Source: Mycolicibacterium smegmatis
Lineage (GTDB): Bacteria > Actinomycetota > Actinomycetes > Mycobacteriales > Mycobacteriaceae
Assembly (NCBI RefSeq): GCF_001457595.1
Contig: NZ_LN831039.1
Span: forward strand, 1,410,001-1,442,000
DNA: 32,000 nucleotides
Direction of reading: 5' to 3'
A program made the position numbers and the translations under genes. The notes under the pieces were generated by a model. The model searched no databases. It worked only from the letters and a program-made list of their open reading frames with translations, and was not told the origin of the DNA. The number at the start of each line of letters is the position of its first letter. Within the stretch, counting starts at the first letter, position 1. Below are positions 17,539 through 26,612 of the stretch, piece by piece.

Positions 17539-18618
17539 TCACCGGTCAGCCCACCACGGCGGAAATCGGATATCCAACTGCTCACTGCGGCGGTACCCCG
17601 CCCACGTCGGCACACCGGCCGGCTGTCCGCGGTAGATGCCGCGGGCCGCGGCGACCACCCGTGGATGCTGGGTCGGCCACTGAATTTCCGACGCGATCTC
17701 CTCGAGCACCGTCCGGTCGCGTTCCAGCACACGGTCGACTATCCCCACCGCGGGTAAGGCCCCACCTTTGTCGCCGTTACAGCGCGCACACGCCAGCACC
17801 AGGTTGGCCAGGCCGTCGATGCCGACCAGCGACCAGGGCAGCACATGGTCGATCGGATTGTTCGCGGGAAGGTGCGTTCCGCAGTAGAAGCAGTGCGGGC
17901 CAAAGGCTTCCTTGAACGGCTCGCGCACCACGGCCAGGGCGGTGCGCTCACGGCCGAACAGGTGCCCCGCCACATCGGGCACATCGGCGTCGAGGAACCG
18001 GTTCATCCTCCGCACGTCCTCGACCCACATGATCTCCAGCGCGGGTTTCAGGAGTCCGGCCAGCCGGGCAAGGCCATGGGCGACACCGGGTTTGAGGACG
18101 ATCGCGTCGCCGTGATCCCGCAGCGTCTTGCGGCTGACGTCATCGTGCAGGAACGAGTCGTCGTAGAGGAACGCGTCGCTGCGCGATGCGCCCGGAAGCT
18201 TCTGCAACCGGTACAGGGGTTGCTGCGCGAGACACAGCGTGATGTCGTCGATGGCCCGCTGATAGGCCTCCGGTGCGCGCTGCCGTGCGATGTCGACCGA
18301 CAGTCCGCCACGCCGTGTCGCCGCGAGATCGCGTAAGGCCTTGGTGGCGGCGAGGATCCGGGCCTTCGGCTGAGTGGACTGGCGCAGCTCGTGACCGTCG
18401 AAAGGGCGCACCTGCTGCCAGTAGATCTCCAGCACGCGGTGCGCCAGCGCGGGAATGGGCACGGCCAGCGTGGCGGCGGGATCGGTGGGCAGGTTCTCGA
18501 CGCAGTGCTCGATCAGGGCCATCAGGGTCGCGAGCTTGTAAGTCGCGGTGCGCAGCCCGGTCTCCAGGATGGCGACGACGCGCTGCCCGAGTAGCAGCGG
18601 ATCGGATGCTCCTGTCAC
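17539..18618 (-). CDS. HNH endonuclease-domain protein, copy B
   Basis: MTGASDPLLLGQRVVAILETGLRTATYKLATLMALIEHCVENLP... with the same HNH motif; GTG start at 18618 by alignment to copy A. Confidence 0.85.
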   Translation of the reverse strand: MTGASDPLLLGQRVVAILETGLRTATYKLATLMALIEHCVENLPTDPAATLAVPIPALAHRVLEIYWQQVRPFDGHELRQSTQPKARILAATKALRDLAATRRGGLSVDIARQRAPEAYQRAIDDITLCLAQQPLYRLQKLPGASRSDAFLYDDSFLHDDVSRKTLRDHGDAIVLKPGVAHGLARLAGLLKPALEIMWVEDVRRMNRFLDADVPDVAGHLFGRERTALAVVREPFKEAFGPHCFYCGTHLPANNPIDHVLPWSLVGIDGLANLVLACARCNGDKGGALPAVGIVDRVLERDRTVLEEIASEIQWPTQHPRVVAAARGIYRGQPAGVPTWAGYRRSEQLDIRFPPWWADR

Positions 18619-18685
18619 GCCACCCCCATGTCGGTGCACTGCGCCACAACGGTTCGACAGGATTATCACGAAGGGAACCGACAGC

Positions 18686-18930
18686 GTGGCCAAACTTGTC
18701 CGGGACAGGATTCCCGAGCTCATCCGTGCGTCGGGCCGCACGCCGGTGATCCGCACGCTGTCCGACGACGAGTACTGGGCCGCTCTGGACGCCAAGCTGG
18801 ACGAGGAGGTTGCCGAGCTGCGCGCCGCGGACACCCGGGACGCGGCCCTGGAGGGAGGCCGCCATCGTCATCGAGGCGAGAGCGCTTCTGGCAATGGCAT
18901 CCAACATGGCGTCCCCCCGAACGTCGCACT
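18686..18930 (+). pseudogene. MazG-like nucleotide pyrophosphohydrolase remnant
   Basis: GTG start, then VAKLVRDRIPELIRASGRTPVIRTLSDDEYWAALDAKLDEEVAELRAADTRDAALE, then loss of frame at gagggagg. Restoring the frame gives EAAIVIEARALLAMASNMASP, only partly like the family; end is approximate. Confidence 0.65.
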
Positions 18931-19090
18931 GATCCCCAGTGGATCGACGTTATTGACGCCCGCGCGGTCGGGGCACGTGTAGTCGACTACCCGAGCTCAG
19001 CGCCGGAGGAGACCGCGTGTCAACGACTGCTGACGCCGCGCCGCCGAAGGGGTCCCCCAAAGGGGACGGAGGCCTGCACATGAGTGAGAG

Positions 19091-19122
19091 GGTACCGAAT
19101 TTGGTACCGATAGCGGTACTAT
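19091..19122 (+). promoter_or_regulatory. Three 12-bp-spaced GGTAC(C/T) repeats overlapping a TACTAT -10 box before the Doc-type TA operon
   Basis: GGTACCGAATTT / GGTACCGATAGC / GGTACTATTGTG start at 19091, 19103 and 19115. TACTAT lies at 19117-19122, immediately before GTG at 19124. Confidence 0.6.
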
Positions 19123-19123
19123 T

Positions 19124-19327
19124 GTGCGTATGCCGTCGCTGAACATCGACTTCGACGAAGCCGAGATGGAACAGATCCGCGCTGCTGCCCGGGCGGATGA
19201 CCTGTCGCTGAAGAAGTTCGCGCACGCCGCCGTGATGGAGCGTGCCAGCGCGCACAAGCGCAGGGTCGCCGAGGCGGCGCGTCTGGTCGCTGAGCGTTCG
19301 GCTGAGCTCAACCGCCGCTTGGCGTGA
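19124..19327 (+). CDS. Putative antitoxin paired with Doc/Fic-type toxin
   Basis: 67 aa, [42 protein letters not shown]..., N-terminal RHH-like; ATGA-type overlap with the downstream toxin. ATG at 19130 is an alternative start. Confidence 0.78.
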
Positions 19328-19713
19328 CCGAGTACCTCGACCGCGAGGACGTGCTCACCGCGGGATCGATCGCTTTTGGCGGCGAGCTGAAGGTGCGGGA
19401 CTACGGACTGCTCGACGCTGCGGTTGCCCGCCCGCAGGCCACGGTGTATGGCGTGGATGCGTACCCGCGGCTGTGGGACAAGGCCGCTGCGTTGTTGCAG
19501 TCCCTGGCGCGGAACCATGCGCTGGTCGACGGTAACAAGCGCACTGCGTGGGCTGCGGCATGGACATTTCTGCACATCAACGGTGTACAGCTGGCGGCTG
19601 ATTTCGATGTCGATCGCGCGGAGGACCTCATGAACGAGGTGGCCACCCGTGACTGCGACCTGGATTCCATCGCCGCCGAGCTGGCCGGTTTCGCCGCTGC
19701 GCAGACGGGGTGA
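19324..19713 (+). CDS. doc: Death-on-curing (Doc/Fic)-family toxin
   Basis: Fic/Doc core '[27 protein letters not shown]'; size and pairing fit Doc. Confidence 0.85.
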
Positions 19714-19777
19714 ACTTTGGTAGCGCGGCCCGTCCGAGGCTCCCGTAACTCGATCCCCACATGTCGGCGGTAGTGCC

Positions 19778-19790
19778 TACCCTCGGATCG
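19778..19790 (+). promoter_or_regulatory. Probable leaderless promoter of jetA
   Basis: TACCCT (19778-19783), 6-nt spacer, then GTG at 19790. The same arrangement occurs at the jetA stub (TACCCT at 3643-3648, GTG at 3655). Confidence 0.5.
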
Positions 19791-21220
19791 TGGATTACGA
19801 CGCGATCACTGCACTGCGTGACCGGCATCCGGCGTGGCGGCTGTTGCGAGCGGGCAATGCCTCGTTGGTCTTGTCGTTCCTGGGGGAGTTCTTCGTGGAG
19901 GCCAACCGCGGTGCATGCCCGGCAGGCCAGGTCGCGGAGGCGCTGGACAACCATCTCTACGCGCTCAGTGCCGGATCCGGGGAGAGTCGCTATCCCAAGG
20001 AGCCGCGCGCGTATCTGGAGGACTGGGCGGCCACCGATGCCGGCTATCTGCGTCGATTCTACCCGCCGGGTGACGACGAAGTGCACTACGAGGTGACACC
20101 GGCTTTCGAGAAGGCATACGCCTGGGTCGTCAACCTTCAGAGCAGGTCCTTCGTGGGAACCGAATCCCGGCTGCACACCGTGGTCGCGCTCCTGCGCCAG
20201 ATCGTGCACGGCACCGAGGTCCAACCTGATGTCCGGCTGGCCGAACTTCGTCGCCGCCGTGCTGAACTCGAGGCGGAGATCGCGGCTGTCGAAGCCGGCG
20301 ACATCGCCGTGCTGGATCCGACAGCGGTACGCGACCGCTACCAGCAGTTGTCCACCACCGCGCGTGAACTGCTGTCAGACTTCCGCGAGGTCGAGGAGAA
20401 CTTCCGGCTGCTGGACCGAGCCGCCCGCGAGCGGATCGCCGCGTGGGAGGGCTCCAAGGGCGGCCTGCTTGAGGAACTGGTGGGCAGCCGTTCGGAGATC
20501 ACCGGCTCAGATCAGGGACGCAGCTTTCAGGCGTTCTACGACTTCCTGCTGTCCGAGCAGCGTCAGGCCGAACTCGCCGAGCTGATCGCCAAGGTGTCCG
20601 CACTCGACGTCCTGGAAGCCGACCCGCGGATACGTCGCATCCATCACGACTGGTCTGAGGCCGCAGACCGAGCGCAGCGCACGGTGCGGCAGATCTCCGA
20701 ACAGCTGCGCCGCTTCCTCGACGACCAGGTGTGGCTGGAGAACCGGCGGGTCCTGGACCTGGTTCGGGCGGTGGAGAGCATCGCGCTGGAAGTTCGCGAT
20801 GCCCCGCCGACCTTCGGGCTGGAGGTCGACGAACCGGGCATCGAGATCGCGCTGCCGTTTGAGCGTCCGCTGTATCAACCGCCGGCAGAGGTGGCGGTAG
20901 AGAGCCACGTCTCGGCGGCGACCGAGGAGGTCAACGCGGACCTACTCTTCGCGCAGACATACATCGACCAGGCACGTCTGGCCGACACCATCCGCGCCGT
21001 GCTGCCCGAGGACTCGTCAGCCCTGCTGTCCGATGTTGTTGCGGTGCACCCGATCGAGCAGGGGGCTGCCGAGATTGTCGGCTATCTCGCCCTCAACGAG
21101 GACGACCTGGCAATCGACGTGGATGACACCGAGGAGACCGTCCTGGAATACCCCGACCCAGCCGACCCGGACATCACCAAGCGGGCGAGACTGCCGAAGG
21201 TGACGGTGCGACGTCGATGA
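19790..21220 (+). CDS. jetA: Wadjet JetA (DUF3375-like; MksF/EptA-type kleisin-like subunit)
   Basis: First gene of a four-gene overlapping operon. 'LRDRHPAWRLLRAGNASLVLSFLGEFFVEANRG', 'YLEDWAATDAGYLRRFYPPGDDEVHYEVTPAFEKAYAWV'. Confidence 0.9.
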   Translation: MDYDAITALRDRHPAWRLLRAGNASLVLSFLGEFFVEANRGACPAGQVAEALDNHLYALSAGSGESRYPKEPRAYLEDWAATDAGYLRRFYPPGDDEVHYEVTPAFEKAYAWVVNLQSRSFVGTESRLHTVVALLRQIVHGTEVQPDVRLAELRRRRAELEAEIAAVEAGDIAVLDPTAVRDRYQQLSTTARELLSDFREVEENFRLLDRAARERIAAWEGSKGGLLEELVGSRSEITGSDQGRSFQAFYDFLLSEQRQAELAELIAKVSALDVLEADPRIRRIHHDWSEAADRAQRTVRQISEQLRRFLDDQVWLENRRVLDLVRAVESIALEVRDAPPTFGLEVDEPGIEIALPFERPLYQPPAEVAVESHVSAATEEVNADLLFAQTYIDQARLADTIRAVLPEDSSALLSDVVAVHPIEQGAAEIVGYLALNEDDLAIDVDDTEETVLEYPDPADPDITKRARLPKVTVRRR

Positions 21221-21795
21221 GCAACGAACGTGCAGTGGCAACCGCCATCATTCGTCTGATGCAGGGCGTCGTCTACCGCGATGCGGATGAGGACACGTGG
21301 CTGACGCTGGAACGTGCGGGGGCCGGCGTTCGGGACCACTTCGCCACCATCGGAATCGATGTGGTGGTCGACGACGCCGAGGGTTACGCCTACCTGCGCT
21401 CCCGGCCTTCGGAGGACGGTGAGGAGGAGTTGCCGCGCCTGGTGCGCAGGCGCGCGCTGACCTACAACGTCAGTCTGCTGCTGGTGCTGCTGCGTAAGCG
21501 GCTCGTCGAGTTCGAGACCAGCGGCGGCGACGGCCGTCTGGTCCTGAGCACCGAACAGATCGTGGAGATGCTGCGGCTGTTCCAAGCCGACTCCACCAAC
21601 GACGCCCGAGTCGTGGACCAGGCGGAGACCACCATCAGGAAGACCGCAGAGTTCGGCTTCCTGCGGCAGCTGCGCGGGCAGCGCGACCACTGGGAGGTGC
21701 GACGCATCCTCAAGGCCTATGTCGATGCCCAGACCCTGTCGGACTTCGCGGCCAAACTGCGCCAATACGCTGGAGCAGGAGCAGGCGATGAGTGA
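21217..21795 (+). CDS. jetB: Wadjet JetB (DUF4194-like; MksE/EptB-type)
   Basis: 4-nt overlap with jetA. 'AIIRLMQGVVYRDADEDTWLTLERAGAGVRDHFATIGIDVVVDDAEGYAYLRSR'. Confidence 0.88.
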   Translation: MSNERAVATAIIRLMQGVVYRDADEDTWLTLERAGAGVRDHFATIGIDVVVDDAEGYAYLRSRPSEDGEEELPRLVRRRALTYNVSLLLVLLRKRLVEFETSGGDGRLVLSTEQIVEMLRLFQADSTNDARVVDQAETTIRKTAEFGFLRQLRGQRDHWEVRRILKAYVDAQTLSDFAAKLRQYAGAGAGDE

Positions 21796-24700
21796 AACGA
21801 TCTCTCGGACAGCCGAACTGAGCGTGCGTCCCGGGGCGGGATATCGACTCCAGTACGCCGAGATCTACAACTGGGGAACGTTCGACGGCCAGGTTTGGCG
21901 GTTCACTCCCGGCGCCGAGACCGCATTGCTGACCGGTGACATCGGATCGGGCAAGTCCACGATCGTGGATGCGCTCACCACGCTGCTGGTGCCGTCGCAC
22001 AAAGCCGCTTACAACAAGGCTGCCGGCGCGGACGCCAAGGAACGCACCCTGCGCTCCTACGTCGAAGGCCATTACCGATCCGAACGAAACGAGGCCACCG
22101 GAAAGTCTCGGCCGAAGGGGCTGCGGGAGAACAGACGGACCTACTCGGTGATCCTCGGTGTCTTCCGCAACCACGGCCACGACGAGACGGTCACGCTCGC
22201 CCAGGTTTTCCAGCAGCGTGAGAGCACCGGACAGCCCTATCGGTTCTTCGTCACCGCAACCAAGGAGCTGTCGATCGCCGTCGACTTCGCCGACTTCGGC
22301 TCCGATCTGCGCGAACTGCGAAAGCGGCTGCGATCCGCAGGAGCGGAGATCTTCGACGAGTTCCCCAAGTACGCGACCTCGTTGCGACGGCTGTTGGGAA
22401 TCCGATCGGAACAGGCACTCGAGCTGTTCCACCAGACGGTCTCGATGAAATCCGTGGGAAACCTCAACGATTTCGTGCGCGACCACATGCTCGAGCCGAG
22501 CGACTCGACCGAACGCATTCGCGAGATCATCAGCCACTTCGACGACTTGACCAGGGCCCACGACGCCGTCAAGCGGGCACGTGAGCAGCTCGAAGCGCTG
22601 GAACCGATTGCCGACACTGCGGCCAAATACGATGCCGCACTGGCTGAACGCGACGGCCTGGAGCACGAACGATCGGCAGTTCGGCTCTTCATCGCCGAAC
22701 TCCGTTCCGGACTTCTCGCCGATGAGATCGGTCGGTTAGAGGCCGACGGCGCCGCTCTATGGCAGCAACAGGATGCCGCCGAAGCCGACCAGCGCAGACT
22801 CAACCACGAACGCGACTCCCTGATCGAGGAGCGTGCCAAGGCCGGTGGGGATCGCATCGGCGAGTTGGAGCGGCTGGCCCACGAGGCCCGTGCCCAGGCC
22901 GAGTCACGGCGGCAGGCCAGGACATTGTTCGACTCCGCGGTCGGCGAGGCCGGGCTGACGACCGTCGCCGATGAAGAGGCGTTCCTCAACCTGCCCACTC
23001 TGGTCGCTGCCGAACGCACCAGGCTGGCCGCCGAGAAGCGCGAGGTCGATGCCGCCACTGTCGACGCGATCGGCCGTGAGCGTGACTGTGAACGCAAGTG
23101 CACCACCCTCAGCGCGGAGATCGAGAGCCTTGAACAGCGCACCAGCAACCTGCCTCATGAGCAGGTCGTGATGCGCGAAGAGTTGTGTGCCGCAATCGGA
23201 CTGACACCGGAGCAGCTGCCCTACGCCGGTGAGCTCCTCGATGTGTACGACGAACGCGCCGAGTGGCGAGGTGCCGCTGAACGAGTGCTGCGGGGCTTCG
23301 CACTCTCGCTGCTGGTGCCGCAGCCGCACTACGACGCCGTGACCCGATGGGTCAACGAACGCAGGCTCACCGTCGCCGGCAGGGGTGCCAAACTGGTCTA
23401 TGAGCGGGTCGCTGCGCGCCGCGTGCGGCTGCAGCCAGCGGAGTCTGACGGGCTGCTGCTGGCCGACTGCATCGAAGTTCGGGAGGGCCCGTTCGAGGAG
23501 TACCTCCGCAACGAACTGATGAAGCGCGCCGACTTCCGGTGCGCCACCACACTCCAGGAGTTCCGTGACCTGCGACGCGCGGTCACCCGAGAGGGGCAGG
23601 TGCGGTCCGGTGACCGGCACGAGAAGGACGATCGGCACCGCGTCGACGACCCACGCCGCTGGGTGCTGGGCTGGGTCAACGAACGAAAGCTCACCGCCCT
23701 GCGCGACGAGTTCGCCGACCTGGAACGCGATCGGCAGGAGGCCGCTGCCGTCGCGGCCGCCCTGAGTGCGCGCAGGGAAGTGCTGCAGCATCGGCTGGAC
23801 GCCCTTGTGCGAATCGAGGGCTTTCGGTCCTGGACTGAGCTCGATGCCGACGAGGCCGTATCGCGCGCCGGGGCCCACGACGCGGAGCGGGCTCGGTTGC
23901 AGTCAGGATCCTCTCGACTGGAGGAGATCACGAGGGCACTGGAACGCAATGCCGAAGAAGCCGGCGTTGTCGCCGAGCGGATCAGACAACTCACCGGTCA
24001 GCTCGCCACCACGGCCGCAGCCGTGCAGCGCGCGCAGCAGGACCGAAAACGAGATCAGGAGTTCGTGACTGCACAGTCACCCGAGCAACTCGAGGTGGCG
24101 CGGGCGTCCTACCCCGCTCTCGACCGCCGGCTCGCTGCGAGCCGGCCCACTCGAGCCGACGACTGCGCCGCCGCCGAGTCGGCGCTGTCGGAAGACCTGT
24201 ACCGGCGCATCGAGCGATTGACCCGTGAGCTCGGCGGGTATGGCCAGAGCCTGGCACAGTACATGCTGGAGGTGCTTCGCCGGTGGCCCGAGCTGCGCGC
24301 GGACATGGACGCCACCGTCGACGCGCGCGGCGACTTCCTGGCGTTTCGGCACCGCGTGGCGACCGACGACCTGCCGCGATTCGAGTCAGAGTTCAAAGAA
24401 CAGCTCAACAAGAACGCCATCCAGGAGCTGGCTGGCTTCAACAACTGGCTCAACCGGCAGGCCTCAGCCATCGACGAACGCATCGACCGCATCAACGAGG
24501 CGTTGGGCGCAGTGCCCTACAACCCAGGCCGCTTCATCCGGTTGGAGAAGGAGCCCACCACCAATCAGGATGTCGCACAGTTCCGTTCAGATCTTCGCAA
24601 CTTGACCAACGACGCGCTGGCGGTCGATGGCGACCAGTATTCCGAACAGCGCTTCCTCGACGTGAAGCGGATCATCGAGCGTTTCCGAGGTCGCGAGGGC

Positions 24701-25171
24701 TACGCCGAATCGGACCGGAACTGGACCCGGCGGGTCACCGATGTCCGCAACTGGTTCGTGTTCTCAGCCTCGGAACGAGACGTAGACACGGGCGCCGAGT
24801 GGGAGCACTACAGCGACTCGGACGGCAAGTCCGGCGGGCAGAAGGAGAAGCTCGCCTACACCATCCTGGCGGCGTCGCTGGCCTACCAGTTCGGGCTCGA
24901 ATGGGGCGCCGAGGAGTCGCGTGACTTCCGCTTCGCCGTCATCGACGAGGCGTTCGGGCGCGGATCGGACGTGTCGACACGGTACGCGCTCGATCTCTTC
25001 GCGACTCTCGGGCTCCAACTGTTGATCGTCACACCGCTGCAGAAGGTGCACGTCATCGAACCGTACGTGAAGGCGATCGGCATCGTGGACAACCCGACCG
25101 GAACGTATTCGCGTCTGCAGACCATGACGATCGAGGAGTATCGCGCCCGGCGCAACGGAACGCGGCCGTGA
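21788..25171 (+). CDS. jetC: Wadjet JetC (SMC/MukB-like ATPase; MksB/EptC-type)
   Basis: 'RLQYAEIYNWGTFDGQVWRFTPGAETALLTGDIGSGKSTIVDALTTLL' (Walker A), long coiled-coil region, 'SGGQKEKLAYTILAASLAYQFGL' (signature), 'FRFAVIDEAFGRGSD' (Walker B). ATG at 21788 chosen over the longer ORF from 21719. Confidence 0.94.
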   Translation: MSETISRTAELSVRPGAGYRLQYAEIYNWGTFDGQVWRFTPGAETALLTGDIGSGKSTIVDALTTLLVPSHKAAYNKAAGADAKERTLRSYVEGHYRSERNEATGKSRPKGLRENRRTYSVILGVFRNHGHDETVTLAQVFQQRESTGQPYRFFVTATKELSIAVDFADFGSDLRELRKRLRSAGAEIFDEFPKYATSLRRLLGIRSEQALELFHQTVSMKSVGNLNDFVRDHMLEPSDSTERIREIISHFDDLTRAHDAVKRAREQLEALEPIADTAAKYDAALAERDGLEHERSAVRLFIAELRSGLLADEIGRLEADGAALWQQQDAAEADQRRLNHERDSLIEERAKAGGDRIGELERLAHEARAQAESRRQARTLFDSAVGEAGLTTVADEEAFLNLPTLVAAERTRLAAEKREVDAATVDAIGRERDCERKCTTLSAEIESLEQRTSNLPHEQVVMREELCAAIGLTPEQLPYAGELLDVYDERAEWRGAAERVLRGFALSLLVPQPHYDAVTRWVNERRLTVAGRGAKLVYERVAARRVRLQPAESDGLLLADCIEVREGPFEEYLRNELMKRADFRCATTLQEFRDLRRAVTREGQVRSGDRHEKDDRHRVDDPRRWVLGWVNERKLTALRDEFADLERDRQEAAAVAAALSARREVLQHRLDALVRIEGFRSWTELDADEAVSRAGAHDAERARLQSGSSRLEEITRALERNAEEAGVVAERIRQLTGQLATTAAAVQRAQQDRKRDQEFVTAQSPEQLEVARASYPALDRRLAASRPTRADDCAAAESALSEDLYRRIERLTRELGGYGQSLAQYMLEVLRRWPELRADMDATVDARGDFLAFRHRVATDDLPRFESEFKEQLNKNAIQELAGFNNWLNRQASAIDERIDRINEALGAVPYNPGRFIRLEKEPTTNQDVAQFRSDLRNLTNDALAVDGDQYSEQRFLDVKRIIERFRGREGYAESDRNWTRRVTDVRNWFVFSASERDVDTGAEWEHYSDSDGKSGGQKEKLAYTILAASLAYQFGLEWGAEESRDFRFAVIDEAFGRGSDVSTRYALDLFATLGLQLLIVTPLQKVHVIEPYVKAIGIVDNPTGTYSRLQTMTIEEYRARRNGTRP

Positions 25172-26337
25172 GCACCATGTGGGCCACACCCGGTGACATC
25201 GCGGCCAAGGTCAGGCGCCGCTGGGACGACGGCTCCCTGCTGCGCGCCTACGGAAAGGGGGAGCCGTTCGCGCCAATCGAGCTGCCGCTTCGTGGTCCCA
25301 CCCCGGCGCAGATCGGTGACGACGTCGCACGTGTGCGCGACTGGGTGACGGCTCTCGACGCGGGGCGGCACGACGATGCGCGGTACATGCTGGAATGGAA
25401 GTCGGTGGGCGGCAAGAAGTTCGGCCGCAACATGCTTCCCGCTCGTGCGGTGATCTGCTCATACGGCCAGGCGTGGACACTGCTGGGGGTGACGGCGGCT
25501 GTTGGGCGTTTCGACGAGCTGCTCGCGTCGGCGCACGATCATCCCCGAATTCGTCAATGGGTGATCGCCAACCCGCACCGGGCGCTGGCACTGGCGGCGG
25601 ACATGCCGAAGCTGATCGCGGCTTGCGAGTGGCTCGACCGACACCGGCACTCGCAGCGTTACCTGCGCGAGATCAGTGCGCCCGGCGTGGACACGAAGTT
25701 CGTTGAACGCCGCCGGTCGGACTTGGCCGGGATTCTGGGCGTGCCATCCTCGGCCCAGGGATTCCTCACCGAACTCGGGCTACGGTCCAAGCCCAGCCTT
25801 GTTCGGCTGCGACCAGCACCGTCGCTGGGGCTACCGGCACCTCTCTCGGAGCTCGCGGTCCGGCCTGATGAATTGGCGCAGCTCGACCTGCGGCCACGCA
25901 CAGCGGTGATCGTCGAGAACGAGATCAGCTATCTCAGCGTCGACGTCCCTGAAGCTGGTGTGGTGATCTGGGGGAAGGGCTTCGATGTCGACAACGTCGG
26001 GCGGCTGCCGTGGTTGGCCGGTGTCCGCGTCGTGTACTGGGGCGATATCGATACCCATGGATTTGCGATTCTCGACCGACTTCGGGCGTGGCTGCCGACA
26101 GTAGAGTCCGTTCTGATGGACCGAGCCACCCTGATCGCCCATCGTGACCGCTGGGTGGTGGAGGACCGTCCTGCTAGGTCGATCCTGCCTCGACTGTCAC
26201 CCGAGGAACAGCAGCTCTACCGGGAACTCGTCGAGGACAGCCTCGGCGATCGCGTACGCCTCGAACAGGAGCGGATCGACTGGGGCTGGGTCGAGGGCCG
26301 ATTGAAGGCGATCTATCAAGGTCGTATAGATTCATGA
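25168..26337 (+). CDS. jetD: Wadjet JetD (DUF3322/DUF2220, Toprim-like nuclease; MksG/EptD-type)
   Basis: 4-nt overlap with jetC. '[44 protein letters not shown]...SVLMD' is the Toprim-like core. Confidence 0.92.
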   Translation: MSTMWATPGDIAAKVRRRWDDGSLLRAYGKGEPFAPIELPLRGPTPAQIGDDVARVRDWVTALDAGRHDDARYMLEWKSVGGKKFGRNMLPARAVICSYGQAWTLLGVTAAVGRFDELLASAHDHPRIRQWVIANPHRALALAADMPKLIAACEWLDRHRHSQRYLREISAPGVDTKFVERRRSDLAGILGVPSSAQGFLTELGLRSKPSLVRLRPAPSLGLPAPLSELAVRPDELAQLDLRPRTAVIVENEISYLSVDVPEAGVVIWGKGFDVDNVGRLPWLAGVRVVYWGDIDTHGFAILDRLRAWLPTVESVLMDRATLIAHRDRWVVEDRPARSILPRLSPEEQQLYRELVEDSLGDRVRLEQERIDWGWVEGRLKAIYQGRIDS

Positions 26338-26342
26338 AGTCT

Positions 26343-26357
26343 GTCTATAATCAAGAC
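26343..26357 (+). promoter_or_regulatory. Probable leaderless promoter and operator of vapBC
   Basis: TATAAT at 26346-26351, 6 nt, then ATG at 26358. GTCTataatcaAGAC at 26343-26357 is a 4-bp-armed inverted repeat over the -10. Confidence 0.5.
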
Positions 26358-26612
26358 ATGGCTCTAAGCATCAAACACCCGGAAGCCGACCGGCTGGCCA
26401 GAGAGCTAGCGGCACGTACGGGGGAGACACTGACCGAGGCGGTGGTGATGGCACTGCGGGAGCGACTGGCGCGCACTGTCGGGCGCACTCAGGTCGTTCC
26501 GCTTCGTGAGGAACTCGCCGCGATCCGTCGTCGCTGCGCAGCCCTACCGGTGTTGGACGACCGGACAGCCGAATCGATCCTGGGCTACGACGACCGCGGT
26601 CTGCCGTCCTGA
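26358..26612 (+). CDS. vapB: VapB-family antitoxin
   Basis: [40 protein letters not shown] is the typical mycobacterial VapB N-terminus. Confidence 0.9.
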   Translation: MALSIKHPEADRLARELAARTGETLTEAVVMALRERLARTVGRTQVVPLREELAAIRRRCAALPVLDDRTAESILGYDDRGLPS

